A stretch of 64,000 bases of DNA from the human T2T-CHM13v2.0 reference genome, Homo sapiens. The notes under the pieces were generated by a model, which saw nothing but the letters and a program-made list of their open reading frames with translations, ran no database searches and was not told the DNA's origin. The stretch's first letter is position 1. Each line of letters opens with the position of its first letter. The position numbers and the translations under genes are program-made. This document shows positions 1 to 15,205 of this stretch, piece after piece. The stretch lies in assembly GCF_009914755.1 (NCBI RefSeq), contig NC_060925.1; one strand, given 5' to 3'.

Positions 1-1059
<1,059 letters not shown>

Positions 1060-1150
1060 TAAGAATTTTTATATATTCTGCATACCAGTTCCTTTTTGAA
1101 CATATAATTTGCAAATATTTTCTCTCATTCTAGGGTTATATTTTCATTTT

Positions 1151-1467
<317 letters not shown>

Positions 1468-1670
1468 ATATTTTCAGTTTTTAATGGTGTCCTTTGAAGC
1501 AAAAAAGTTTTCAATTTTGATGATGTCCAATTTAGCTGTTTCTTTTGCTGCCATATTTTTGGTGCTATATCCAAGAAACCATCACTAAACCTAAGGGCAC
1601 TAAGATTTACTCCTTTGTTTTCTTATGGGAGTTGCATAGTTTTAGCTCTCACATTCAAGTCTACAAGCCA

Positions 1671-1868
1671 CTTATTTTTTAAGACAGGGTCTCACTCTGT
1701 TACCCAGGCTAAAGTGCAGTGGCATGATCATGGCTCACTGCAGCCATGGCCTCCTGAGCTCAAGTGATCCTCCAGCCTCAGCCTCCCGAGTAGCTAGGAC
1801 TACAGCCATGTGCCATTACATCTGGCTAATTTTTAATTTTCTTCTAGAAATTAGGTTCCACTATGTTT
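1671..1868 (-). mobile_element. AluJ, partial
   Basis: gacagggtctcactctgttacccaggct...catgatcatggctcactgcagcc...ctcaagtgatcctcc. Confidence 0.85.
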
Positions 1869-2187
1869 CTACAATCCACTTTGAGTATGGCGTAAGGAAG
1901 GGGTTCACATTCATTCGTTTGTATGTGGATATCCATTTGGTATATAACATTTGTTGAAAAGACTATTCTGTCCTCCATCCAGTTGTCTTAGTTCCCTTGT
2001 AAAATATCAACTGACCACAAATATGAGGGTTTATTTCTGGACTCTCAATTCTATCTGTATGTCTAACCTCATGGCAATACCACACTGATTTTTTTTTTTA
2101 ATAGCACCTGCCTACTATTGACCATACTGTCGTGATTACTGTAGCTTTGTAGTAAGTTTTGAAATCAGGCAGAATGGGTCTTCCAAC

Positions 2188-2488
<301 letters not shown>

Positions 2489-2665
2489 TAATCAGGATTG
2501 TTTTGGCTATTCTGGGTTCCTTGCATTTCCATATGAATTTTAGGACCACCTTGTTAATTTCTACAAAATAGCTGGAATTTTGATAGGCATTGTGTTGAAT
2601 CTGTAGATCAGCTCAGGGATCATATCAACAACATTGAGTTTTCCACTATTTTCCCACTTATTTAG

Positions 2666-3190
<525 letters not shown>

Positions 3191-4270
3191 TGAAATCATT
3201 TGTTCTAATAATTTGTGTGTGTGTGCATGTGTGTGTGTGCTGGTGGAGTCCTTAGGATTTTCTATATATAGAATCATGCAAATGAAGATAGTTTTCCATT
3301 TTCTTTTTCTTCCCTAATTGCCGTGGCTAGAACTTCCAGTCCACTGTTGAACAGAAGTGGTGACAGTGGGAATTCTTGTCTTTTTCCTGATCTTTGGGGG
3401 AAAATCTTTCAATCTTTCTTCATTTAATATAATGTAAGCTGTGGGCTTTTTGTAGATGCCATTTATCAGTTGAGCCTAGCTCCTCCATTCTACCCTTGCC
3501 GCTGGATTGGCAGTCCTCCTCCCCTTTCTGCAGACAGCTCCCCACAGCCGGTCCACGGTCCCTGCAGCACCCCACCCTCTCACTCTCCACTGCAGGGCAG
3601 GCAGGAGGCAGCACAGGCTGGGGGAAGAGGCTGAATGTAGTCCCAAGAATGCCAACCACTTGTCATTTGACTCCAAAAATCCCTTTGTGAAACTTGATTT
3701 CTTCAATATAAAATTGTGGAAAATAATACCTACTTTTCAGAACTGCCGTGAAAATTTTAAAAATAAATTTGGTTGTGTCTGGCACATAGAGGGCATTCAA
3801 TAAATGTGGGTTGGATGTGAATCTGAGAAGTGTTCATTGAACCTTATCTGAGGCACCTGGAAGTGGCCCTGGCACCGTAGAGGGACCCAAGGTTCATGGT
3901 GGATGCAGGCCTTCTCTCCAGACTGACCGTCCAGAAATGGTCCTGTAGCAAAGTAAAGCTGCTTGGTGTCAAATAAACCAGCCAGGAATGAAGACGCTTA
4001 ATGCTCCTGAGGTTCAGGGAATCTGCAGGCCAGGAATGAAGGGGGAGAACTGCATCTCAGGAGTGTTGGAGTCCCAGAAAAGGAGATTAGACTTCCCTCT
4101 ATACCCAGCAGGAACCACTGAAGGGTGCTGAGCAGTTATAAGTGGGGTTTGTGAAGTTAGCTCCATGGGGAGTGGAGCAGGGAGGTTGGTTCCACAGACC
4201 AGAAATGGTAAAGACCTGCACTAGGATGGGAAGGTAAGGAATGGAGTAGAGAGAACAGATGTGAGAGACA

Positions 4271-4870
4271 CATTCATTCATTCACTCACTCACTCAAGTA
4301 TTTACTGAGCTCATATCATGCTTCCCTCATGGAATTTACCATGCACTTCACATAAGTGCATATAAAATTGTAATTATGAGAAGTGCAAGAAAGGAGAGCC
4401 ATCTGGTGGTGGTGAGCATTTATAATGGGGCATACGTGAATTAATCTGGGAAAGCAAAAGTGCTTTCTTGAAAAATTGATGATTGAACTGAGACCTGAAG
4501 GGTGAGTATTTATCCAGGTAAAGAGGAGATGAAAGGGCAGCCTAGGCAGAGAGCACAGCCTATGCAAAGGCCCAGAGGTGGGATGCAGTGTGGTGAGTCC
4601 AAAGCCTGAGAGAAGGCCAGGGCAGCTGGAGTGGATGGATCACGGTTCAGGGTGAGGCTGGCAGGCCGGGCAGGGCAGGATCAGGAGCACCATAGGCCGC
4701 GTCAAGGAGTTTTGTCTTTCCCAAAGAGGAATGAGAAGCTGTGGGAGGCCTTTTAGGGTGGGGGCAGGGGTAACATGTACAAATGTATATTTTAAAAGTT
4801 TCGCTTTGGCTGTCGTGAGTAAAAAGACTAGGGTGGAGCATAACTCCAGAGGAAAGCGGGGAAAGAGTTG
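4271..4870 (-). mobile_element. L2 remnant
   Basis: cattcattcattcactcactc...tatttactgagc (L2 3' tail in antisense), then gaactgagacctgaagg...gcaaaggcccagaggtggg. Confidence 0.7.
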
Positions 4871-5269
4871 AAAACAGCCAATAACAAATGTCATCCCCGA
4901 GCTCTTATGAAAGACAGACGGCATTCCCGGGGAATCCACCAGAGGAAAATGACTTAGAGCTGCAGAGAGGGAATGTGGGGAGTCCATGAAGCAGCAGCAG
5001 CAGATTGGAAGCTTTTCCAGACTCCAACAAAACCAGGAGGCCATAGCTGCCCAGACAGCAAGGGAATAGAAGATGCCTGAGGAGGCTCATGTCAAAGGCA
5101 GGCATGGGCAGTGGGCCCAGAGAGTGGATGGGGTGGATTCAGGGCCCGTCTCTCAGTTATGCACCCAGTACATGGCACCAGGTGCTGAGACCAGAAGCCT
5201 TGGGGTCATCCTTCCCATCCATGTGGGGTCACCCCCCCACATCCCAGGTGTCTGCAAACTCATCAACCA

Positions 5270-5650
5270 CCCACAATGCCTTCCAAATCTGGCCACTTTC
5301 CACCCTCCAGCTGGAGTACCACAGTAGCCTCCTATCTGGAAGCTTCCACTCCCCTCCACTCAGCCTGATCTCCACACTGCAGCCAGACTGATCTATTTAA
5401 AACCCTCCTGTGGCTTCTTGTCACATTTAGAATAAGATCCCTGCCTGGCCTGGCCCCTGGCTGGCTCCCACAGGCATTTCCTGTCCTTGCTCTCAGTCAC
5501 GCAGTTCCTGCCATGCTGGCCTCTTGCCACCAGCCACAAACCCACCAAACAGACCCCCATCCCACAGTCTTGGCACTTACTCTCCCTCAGCCTAGAATGC
5601 TCTTCCTGGAGAAGTCTCCCTGACCTCCCTGGGCCACCATCAGCCCCTCT
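5270..5650 (+). mobile_element. L2 remnant
   Basis: cagtagcctcctatctgg...ccacactgcagccagactgatc...gcctagaatgctcttcc. Confidence 0.6.
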
Positions 5651-6277
5651 AGTCTTCTTTTCCCACCATGGTCCGTGGTGCCTACAACTTGTTCGCAATT
5701 CCCCACACTCCCTTGGCATTTCTGTGGTATTCACCTGGCAAAGCGCCAGCCCTGGAGAAATCCCACTGACAGCTTTCTCCTTCTCCATGGCTACCCCCGA
5801 CTGCTGAGCCCCCTGGTGAAAATCCCCCCACAGTACAAGGGCAGCCTGTATCCCATCAATCCCCAGGATCACCCAGGCCCTCTGCACTGCACAGAAACTG
5901 CAGGAAACGCCTCCCCACCAGCTTCGCCTCCTCCTCCAGTTTCCGCAGGCCTGTGGCTCCCTCACACCCCTCCTCTCTCTTTGCTGTTATTTTAAAGAAA
6001 AGCAGAAGCGAGAAATCTCTCAAAATGTCCCAACCTTGGGTCAAACCACAGACCTTTCCTCCTGACCCCTTGTGAGTTGAGGGCTTTTCCTCTGGTTAAG
6101 CCAGTTCCCGTTCCTGCGCAGGATCCCTCCTGACTTCTCAGGAAGTCTTTGCCATCCCTGCCCTTTCTTGTGCCTAACATTTCCCCCTTCCCTCAGCTGA
6201 GGCTGGACCAGTCCAGTTTATCACATCACCCACCAAAAATGAGCCCCACCTGCTGCCTTGTTCTCCCCTTCGTGACC

Positions 6278-6346
6278 ACGCACACACACTTGCACACACA
6301 TACACATATGCACACACATATACACACGTGCACACACACGCACACA
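6278..6346. repeat. Imperfect (CA)n / (CATA)n tract
   Basis: cacgcacacacacttgcacacacatacacatatgcacacac... Confidence 0.8.
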
Positions 6347-6359
6347 TGGTCCCCATTTC

Positions 6360-7015
6360 GTCACGTCCACCTCACTCGTCAGCCCCTCCATTGTGGCTTC
6401 TGCCCCATCCCTCTGCTGAAGTAGCTCTTTGTAAAGTCATGGATGATGAACACAAGGTCACTAAACCCAGGGCGCATTTTCATTTTCCTTGAGCTGGACC
6501 CCTGAGCTGTGGTCAGCTGGCCGCTGCCTGCTTTTGTCATAACTGTGACTACTCCTCCTTCGGTTGCCTCAGGCTTGCACTTGAGGTCCTTCCCTTCTCA
6601 GCCATGGTGTCTCCCTGCGTGGTTCCTTCTGCACCCAGGCATCAGTGCCATCCTCTTCTGTCAGAGTCAAGCCACTTCCGAGCTCCAGGCCCACAGGTCA
6701 ACTGGCCCCCGACATAGCTGCCTGATCTTCTGGGTCTCCTCTTGCTCGCCTCCAGTCAGTTCCGTATTTGCCACCAAGGCAATCTTCATAAAATGCAAAG
6801 CCAGTCATGTCGCCAAAAATGAAAAGCCATCCCAGGGAGACAGGCCAAAAGCCCTAGCGTGGCCTACAGCCCCTCATGCTCTCCATCCAGCAGCACCTCA
6901 GCTTTCCCTCCCTGGGTTGCTAACACCAGCCTACACTCCTTCTTTTGTTTCCCCTAATACACTGTATTACCCTCTTCGGGGCCTTTGTATATGCTGTGCC
7001 CCCTTCAAGGAGCCA
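6360..7015 (+). mobile_element. L2 remnant
   Basis: ggcttctgccccatccctctgctgaagtagctctttgtaaagtca, ccaccaaggcaatcttcataaaatgcaaa, gggcctttgtatatgctgtgccc. Confidence 0.55.
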
Positions 7016-7022
7016 AAGCCTA

Positions 7023-7413
7023 TGATACAGTTTGGATCTGTGTCCCTGCCCAAATCTCATGTCAAATTGTAATCCCTGATGTTGGAGGTGGGGCCTGGTG
7101 AGAGGTGATTGGATCACAGGGTCAGATCTAGTGATAGTGAGTTCTCATGAGACTGGTCATTTAAAAGTGTGTAGCACCCCCCAACCCCCACTCCCTCGCC
7201 TCTTCCTCCTGCTCTGGCCATGTGAAGTGCTGGCTCCCTCTTCACCTTCCCCCATGATTGTAAGTTTCCTGAGGCCTCTCCAGAAGCCGAGCAGATGCCA
7301 GCATCATGCTTTCTGTACAGCCTGTGGAACTTCGAGCCAATTAAACCTCTTTTCTTTATAAATTGCCCAGTCTTAGGTTTTTCTTTATAGCAGTGCAAGA
7401 TCAGACTAATACA
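7023..7413 (+). mobile_element. MaLR solo LTR (MST family)
   Basis: TG...CA ends (tgatacagtttggatctgtgtcc ... ctttatagcagtgcaagatcagactaataca); 5-bp TSD gccta/gtcta; orientation follows the usual consensus text. Confidence 0.9.
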
Positions 7414-7616
7414 GTCTACACATCTTTCTCAGCTCAAACAGTACTTCCAAGAACGCCTTCCTCCCCACACCCATGGCTCCCTCCTCCCCTACCCCCGCAT
7501 CAAGGCCTCAACCACCTGCTTTCCCAGCTCTCCATTCTCATCCCCATGGTACTCATGCAGCTTGTGACTGTATAAGCAGCCACCTCATTGGTCTTACTCA
7601 CTGCTGTTGCTCTAGT

Positions 7617-7982
<366 letters not shown>

Positions 7983-8204
7983 TAAATGATCAAGCAGGAC
8001 AGACTTTGAGATTGGGTCACATTATGTCATTTCACAGAAGACACTGAATTCTGTGGGGAAGTGGCCTTCCCAGGGTCCCCCCGTGCAGTACAGGCTGGCT
8101 CTGGGCCCAGGGCTCTTTCCACAAACCATGTTAAGACTCAGTTGTCATCAGGCTATATCCAGGGACACCCACCCAAGCATAGATTGGGAAGGAACCAAGG
8201 TCTG

Positions 8205-8210
<6 letters not shown>

Positions 8211-8236
<26 letters not shown>
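8211..8236. repeat. (GT)13 microsatellite
   Basis: Perfect GT run. Confidence 0.95.
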
Positions 8237-9297
8237 ACAGCGAGACCCCAAAGCTGGCATGGGAAGTGGGGGCATTGCACACAGCTTTGGGAACTGCCCA
8301 CCCTTCCTCTCCTCTTGCAGCAGGCCTGGGACCATAGAGAGTCAGACGCACCCCCTTATGAGTCATTTCACCTCGGGTGGTTTCTTTCACCTCTCTGAGT
8401 GTCAGACTTCTTAACTATTTGAATGCAGCTTTTATTCCTAAACCCTCGAGTTGAGGCTGGGATTAAATGAGATGTTGCATGGGTAGAGACCGCATGTCCT
8501 TCCCACAGCCCACATCTGCTCAGCATGTAGAGAACCACTGCTTATTTTTCCAAGGCTGCCCTTCGGTTGCATTTCCATTTTCCCTGGGAGACACGCCAGT
8601 AGCTGAGAGACCAAGATTCCCTCAGCTGACTCTCCTTCTGATGTGACCCCCTGTCACCTGGCTCTGCTGTCCCTTCTAGAGTCAGAGAAAAAAAATGTAA
8701 AAAGAAGGAAAACAGCAGGAGCCCTTTCATACCCTGCATGCCACCCAAGACTCCTGGAGGCCTGGAGAAGTGAAGCCAGTTGTCCAAGGTCGCACAGGCA
8801 TTTGGTGGAGGAAGAATCTAAATCCCTGGACCCCTAGTCCAGTGCTTCCTTCCACAGCCCAGCAGCCTCCTCCGCCTCCAGGACTATTTCCCCCACTCTA
8901 GGAGGCAGGGCTCCTATGGCTGGGGAGGAATGGCGGCGAGAACGGTGTGAGGGAGAGCCAAATTATCGGGAACTCACAGCTGCCTCGCCTCCCGCATGGC
9001 TGGGAGCTGCAGTCCCGGGGAGAGCAGCCAGCTGGAAGACTTGAGGATGATAAATGGATCAGGGTGCCAGGGCTCCCAGGACAGAGTGAACTCCTCTGTC
9101 TGGTCAGAATCACCCGAGCAGGAAAGCATGAAATGGCGCCATTAGGTGAAGGCTGCAGCTGCCCGGAGAGGGAGGCTGGGGGTGGGGAGAGATGCCTGCT
9201 CCCAGCCTGCTGGGCCACAGGTCAAGGTCTGAAGAGGTAGGGGTCTGGGAGGCCCCAACAAGGGAGAAGACATACAAGGGAAGGGACTGAGGAAGGG

Positions 9298-9488
9298 TCT
9301 CTCAGGCTTGGCCTGCATCAAGACCCCCTGGGGAATTTGTTAAAATGCAGACCCTCTGCCATTGCACCCTGTCTCCCAGAGCCTAACTCAGAAAACTCAG
9401 TGGACTGGAATGTGCCCAGGGATCTGCATTGTAACAACATCCCCATTTCCTCTGATGCAGGTGATCTGGGCACCACACTTTGAAAAAA
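9298..9488. mobile_element. MER5A-like DNA transposon
   Basis: ttgttaaaatgcaga...gggatctgcattgtaacaa...ctgatgcaggtgatctgggcaccacactttgaaaaa. Confidence 0.75.
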
Positions 9489-11099
9489 TGAGGTTCTAAG
9501 TAATTCAGAAAGACTTGCCAGAGAGGTCAAAGTCCAAGCCCGGTTGCTGGAAGTAAAATAAGCCTCAAAGGCACTGCAGACCTGGAGGGCATCAGAGCAG
9601 GGCAGGCAGGAGGACATTGGTGGCAACAACAGGTTCAATCACCATAGCTCTGTTTGATGAGCGCACAGATGTTCTCATCTAACCCACCTGGGAAGAGGGC
9701 ACAATTACCAGCATCATTTCAAAGGCAAGGCAAATTCTGCTCAGACAGGTAGTAAGTGACCTGCCCAAGGTCACACAGTTGATCAGAGTAAAGATCCGGG
9801 TCTAAATTTGACTGAGGCCAGGTCTCCTGCTCAGGAGCAAGGTAGGGGGCCCAGTCCTCAGGGAAAGCTCAGGAAGGGGGAGTCTCCAATAGTGGGAAAT
9901 GATGCTGGAGAAGCAGGGGTAGACCAGAAACAAGGTCACTAAACAGAATCCACGCAGGAATTCCCTTCTCTCCCTGGTCCACTGGCCGCTGTCCTTCTGT
10001 CTGCCCAGGATGGCCACTTGGCCCCTGTGACAGTGTCAGTCCCAAGCACTCAGGCCTCTGCAAGTGGCCCCAGGGCTGGGAGCAATGGGTCCAGGAGGAA
10101 CCATGCTTGGCATGCATGTCCCTGCACAGACCCTAAAACATGCTGGGGTCTTGGAGTACTAGTTAACTGCCTCTGGCCCCCTTTGCTAGGGAGAACAGCC
10201 ACACTTGGCCTGGGGTGAGTTAGGAGTTGGGGAGCAGGTGACAACCTGGTTGGCTTATCCTTTATCTTATCCTTTTTTTTTTTCTATCATGTAGAGAGCT
10301 GTCAGGGCAGAAAGCAGGACTTCAGGTGAGTATCAAAAAGAATGCTCTCAACAGAGAGCCTAGGGATACGCCGGGATGGGGAGTGCAGGGGGAAGGGGCC
10401 ACCATCTCTCCCCCTGTTATAAGCCCTCTTATAACAAGCAGAAACAACATGTCTAGAGGCTCTCTCTTTCCTTAACTCCAAATGCCCAGATATGCTCAGA
10501 GCTCAGCCACAGTTCTTGTACCTAAACTAAAGGGAGACTTGATTGACAATCAAGTTGAGTAGGAGGGAAGGGGAGCTAGGCTGGAGGAGGAAGGTGGGGT
10601 GAGACGACCTCGCACACTCACACTCACACTCTCAGTAGTTCTGGGATGTTCTGCTTTGAGGGTCTTCACTCAGCCCATGGTCAGCCTACATGGGAGAATC
10701 ACAGAAGGCCCAGATGCCCTGGAGCTTTGCTCTGTGTGGGTGAACAGGGAATGATCTCCAAGGGAGATAGTGGAAGAATCGGTGTGCAGGGGAGTGAGCA
10801 TGATACCTGTGTAAAAGGGTAGGGGAGAAGTATATGTATGCTTGTATGCTTCTATATTCACAGCACGGCTCTGGAAAGGTGCATAAGGAATTGATGACAT
10901 TAGTTGTAGTTGCTTCTGGGGAGCGGAGTTGGGAAAGGAGGAGCTGGAAAATATTTCACTGGGTATCTTTCTGTATCTTTAAATTTTTGAACCCCACGAA
11001 AATCTGCCTGTCTCTTCCACCCTCTGGTACTTCAGAACCCTGGAGCTGGATCCTCAGCCTTGCAAAGGAGAAAACAAATGAGGGGGGTTTGTGTGTTTT

Positions 11100-11420
11100 T
11101 AAATTTATTTTATTTTTTACAGACAGCGTCTCACTCTGTTGCTCAGGCTGGAATACAGGGCCGTGATCATAGCTCACTGCAGCCTTCAAACTCCTGGGCC
11201 CAAGCAATCCTCCCACCTCAGCCTCCCAAGGAGCTAGGACCACACACATGCGCCACCATGCCTGGCTAGTTTTAAAGTTTTTCATAGAGACAGGGTACCA
11301 CTATGTTGCTCAGGCTGGTCTTGAACTCCTGGCCTCATGAACTCCTTGAACTCCTGGCGATCTTGCTGCCTTGACCTCCCAAAGTGCTGGGATTATAGGC
11401 ATGAGCCACTGCGCCCAGCC
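11100..11420 (-). mobile_element. AluJ with internal TGAACTCCT triplication
   Basis: Antisense AluJ; ttgaactcctggcctcatgaactccttgaactcctggcgatc at 11321-11362. Confidence 0.88.
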
Positions 11421-13920
11421 AAAAGAGAGAACAAATGAGTGGGTTTGTGTAGCTCACCCAGAAATCGCCTGACCTGCTCCAGGTGGGAGGTATGCTGCAG
11501 GAAGAATGCCACCAGGACCTGCCCCCCTCACCCTCAGAGGACCCCTAGGCTCTCACCTTGCCTCTCTTCTTCCCTACAAAAAGTCAGGAGACTGGAAGCC
11601 CTGCTGTCTCCTCTAGCAGGCTTCTGGGATTCCCTTGGTGTGCCCCCAAATGAGACTGCCTCCAAAATGGGATCCTGATGCCACATCAAAGATGAGTAAG
11701 TTCAATCCTCACCCTCACCAAAAGCATATATGTGTGTGTGTGCACACATGTACATACACTCACCATCAACTGCCACCCCAAACCAATTAAATATGATCTG
11801 GGGACTAGGCACTTCTGTGGATTATCCCACTCAGTACTAGCCTTGATTAATGCAGATAATGGAGAGCTGACTGGATACAGCTTACAGTATTTAATCTTTC
11901 CCGGCATTGTATTTGCAGAAGCCAAAGTAATGAGATGGAAATAGGTTAACCAGCAAGACACCTGTCACCGAAGCTCACAGGCTAGAAAGATCAATACTTA
12001 AGGAGAAATATATGTCTTTATGTTTTGCACCAATGCTTCAGTCCAACATTTGGTCCTAGGAGGCTGAGGATAAAGTTTTAATGAATTAATTTTCTAGCTC
12101 ATTCTGAAAATAAGTTACCCATTTCTTTGAGTTCCTTGTGTACCGAGGCCTGATGAGCCTTCTTGGTCAGTGCATGCACACCTCCACTTTGGAGCGAGGT
12201 TGTCATTCCGCACACGTAGAAGCAGAGTCTGTTCTTGACTGGCCCTGGGGAAGCTAACAACTCCCAGGTTCCTGAGAGTTGGAACGTCCTTCTAGTGTCT
12301 AACTTCAATCTCTCCTGCTGCAGCAACACTCATTTTCCTTCTCTTGATCTCGCTGAGATCAGCAATTCCAGGCCACCTGATGGGCGCCTCAGAATCCAAT
12401 GGCTGAGGATTGAGCCCTTCCTGCACCAATCTTGGGCTGGCCTGTTAGCCTCCCTGCGCTTGTGCAGCTGTGTGTGGGGGTTAAGCATCCCTGCCCTGCC
12501 TGCCTTAAGGACAGCTTCCATGATCAAAGGTGAAGTTTCCTGAGTGAGGCTCTGTAAACCTGCAGCACCTCACACCTGCCTCGGATTATTTATTTCTCTC
12601 TGAACCTAGACCCCAGGCATGGATACCCTTAAATCACAGGCAAATATTAATAAAACCCAGCCTGTGAGGGCTGAGGGACTCTTACAGACAACGCAGTCCA
12701 CAGCCTCTTTTCGAAAACAAAGAAACTGAGGCCCCAAAGGGAGGTGGCTTACCTCCATCACACAAACAACACCGCTAAATGGTGGCAGCCCTGCCTGAGT
12801 TGTCAACTCCTGGATTCCAGGCCTTTGTCGCCCCTCAGGCCACCCCACCAAGCCCTGGCTCCATTTGATCCTTGGCTAACTCTTGTAGGGTGCAGGGATA
12901 GTAGCAGTGGTGAGGGGGCAGAGGGATGCCCCCGCCAGGCAAGCCCCTCAGCACACCCTCCGCTCTGCCACCCCAGCCAGGATCACAACTTGAAACAGGA
13001 CAGAGAAGCCCGCCATCCCCATGGGAGAGGAGCTGGAGTCCAGGCTCCCTGGAGAGGGAGTTAATACTGCAGCACGGCGCACTCTAGCCAAGACGGAGAA
13101 GCTGCTGAGTCACAGTCCAGCCGCCTGGCCAGCCCTGAGCTGCCTGCTGGGGCCCCCAGCTGCTCCCAGCCCAGGGGGCTGCCTCTGGCCCCCAGACAGG
13201 CTGCCTTCCCACCTCCTTCTCCAGAGACTCAGAATCTTGGGCCTCCAGGGTTCCCCACTCCCCAGCACCCCACAACATCTCCCAAACCCACAGGCAGCTG
13301 TCCTGGGGCGGAGGAGAGGGTCTTCCATTGGTTGGGTGTCAAGATGCTTGGGAGCAGGCCGGGAAGGGTGGGCGACCCGGAATGAGTGATTGAGTGGGGA
13401 CAGATGGAGGCTTGGGGACCAGCGGGCCCTGGGCTGCCTGGTGTAGGATACGGAAAGTGTGTAGGGGGGGTGCACCCGTGGGCCCCAGGAGGTCTGTTGT
13501 GCGCATGCTCTGAGTGTGAGGGAGGACGGGTAGGACTGTGGGGGTCTGCCCTGGTCGTGCTCCCAAGAGAGGCACTGCTTTCTGCAGAGTGCGTGGGCAA
13601 CTGCCAGCTGGGGGAGCGCTCACCAGGGGAAAGGGGAGCTCTCTGTGGCTTAGCAGTGATTAACCCACACAATCAATGGATCCTCCAGCCACAGTGTGAG
13701 CAGCTCTGCCTCATGTGAGGCACACAGCACCTTCCAGCACAGTCCCGATATCTTTCATGCCAGATGCACATCTTCAATTTCAGCTACAAACTGTTACAAA
13801 TTGATGCATTTTCTTTCTGACTAAATGTTACAAGGTTTGAACACACTAGCTCTGCCGATCACCGCCCCTCTAAGGGATGGGTTTAGAGGTTTGGCACGAA
13901 AGCAAAAGCCTTTTAATAGG

Positions 13921-15205
13921 AGTGCGTGAGTGTGGTGGTGTGTGTGTGATGTGAGTGTGCATATGTGGCGTGTGCATGTATGTGGTGGGTAGGGGTATAT
14001 GTGGTGGTATGTATGTGTAGGATGTGTGTGCTGTATGTGTAGTGTGTGTGATGTGGGCGCTAGGGTGTGGGGGACAGTGGGGTGTGTATATATGGTGTGT
14101 GTGTGATGTAGGGGGTGGTGTGGGTTAGGGGTGGAGGCTCTAGTGGGGTGTCAGGGGGTATGTGGGTAGTGGGTAGTGGCATATGTGTGGTGTGTACGTA
14201 TGTGTGGTATGGGGGTATAGTGAGTTTGTGTGGGATGTGTGTGTAATACGTGTATGTGTTGTGGTCTGTTGTGTGTAGTGAGGTGTGTGTGGTGTATAGT
14301 AAGGTGTGTATGGTGTGTGTCTGTGTGGTGTGTAGTAGAGTGTGGATGTGTGTGGTGTGTGTGGTGTTTAGTAGTGTGTGTGGTGTGTGATGTGTGTGGT
14401 ATCTGTGTGGTGTGTGTGGTGTCATAGAGTGTGTGTATGGCATGTAGCACAGTGTCTGGTGTGTAGTAGTGTGTGTGTGGTGTTTAGTAGTGTGTGTTGC
14501 GTGTAGTAGGGTGTGTGTGTGGTATGTAGTAGGGTGTGTGTGGCATGTAGTAGGGTGTGTGGTGTGTGTGTGGTGTGTGGTGTGTGTGTGGTGTGTATGG
14601 CATGTAGCATGGTGTGTGTGTGTGGTGTCTGGTCTGTAGTAGGGTGTGTGTGGTGTGTAGTAGGGTGTGTGGTGTGTGTGTGATGTGTGCCTGTGTGGTA
14701 TGTGGCGTGTAGTAGGGTGTGTGGTGTGTGTCTGTGTGGTGTGTTTGTGTAGTGTGTGTGGTGTCTGTGTGTGGCATGTGTGGTGTGTGTAGTGTGGTGT
14801 GTGTCTTTGTGGTGTGGCATGTAGTAGGTTGTGTGTGTGGTGTGTGTGGTGTCTAGTAGGGTGTGTGGTGTGTAGTAGGGTGTGTGTGTGGTTTGTGTGT
14901 GGTATGTGTGTGGTGTGTGTGGCGTGTAATAGGGTGTGTGGTGTGTCTGTGTGGTGTGTGTGTCGTGTGTGTGGCATGTAGTAGGGTGTGTGTGTGATGT
15001 TTGTGGTGTGTGCTGTGTCTGTGTGGTGTGTGTGTGGTGTGTGTGGCATGTAGTAGGGTGTGTGTGTGATGTTTGTGGTGTGTGCTGTGTCTGTGTGGTG
15101 TGTGTGTGGTGTGTGTGGCATGTAGTAGGGTGTGTGTGTGATGTTTGTGGTGTGTGGTGTGTGTGTGTAGTGTGTGTGGTGTGTAGTAGGGTGTGTGTGT
15201 GGCGT
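13921..15205. repeat. TG-rich low-complexity array containing a 72-bp tandem unit
   Basis: Recurring gtagtagggtgtgtg; ggcatgtagtaggg has its CATG at 14975, 15047 and 15119 (period 72). Confidence 0.92.
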
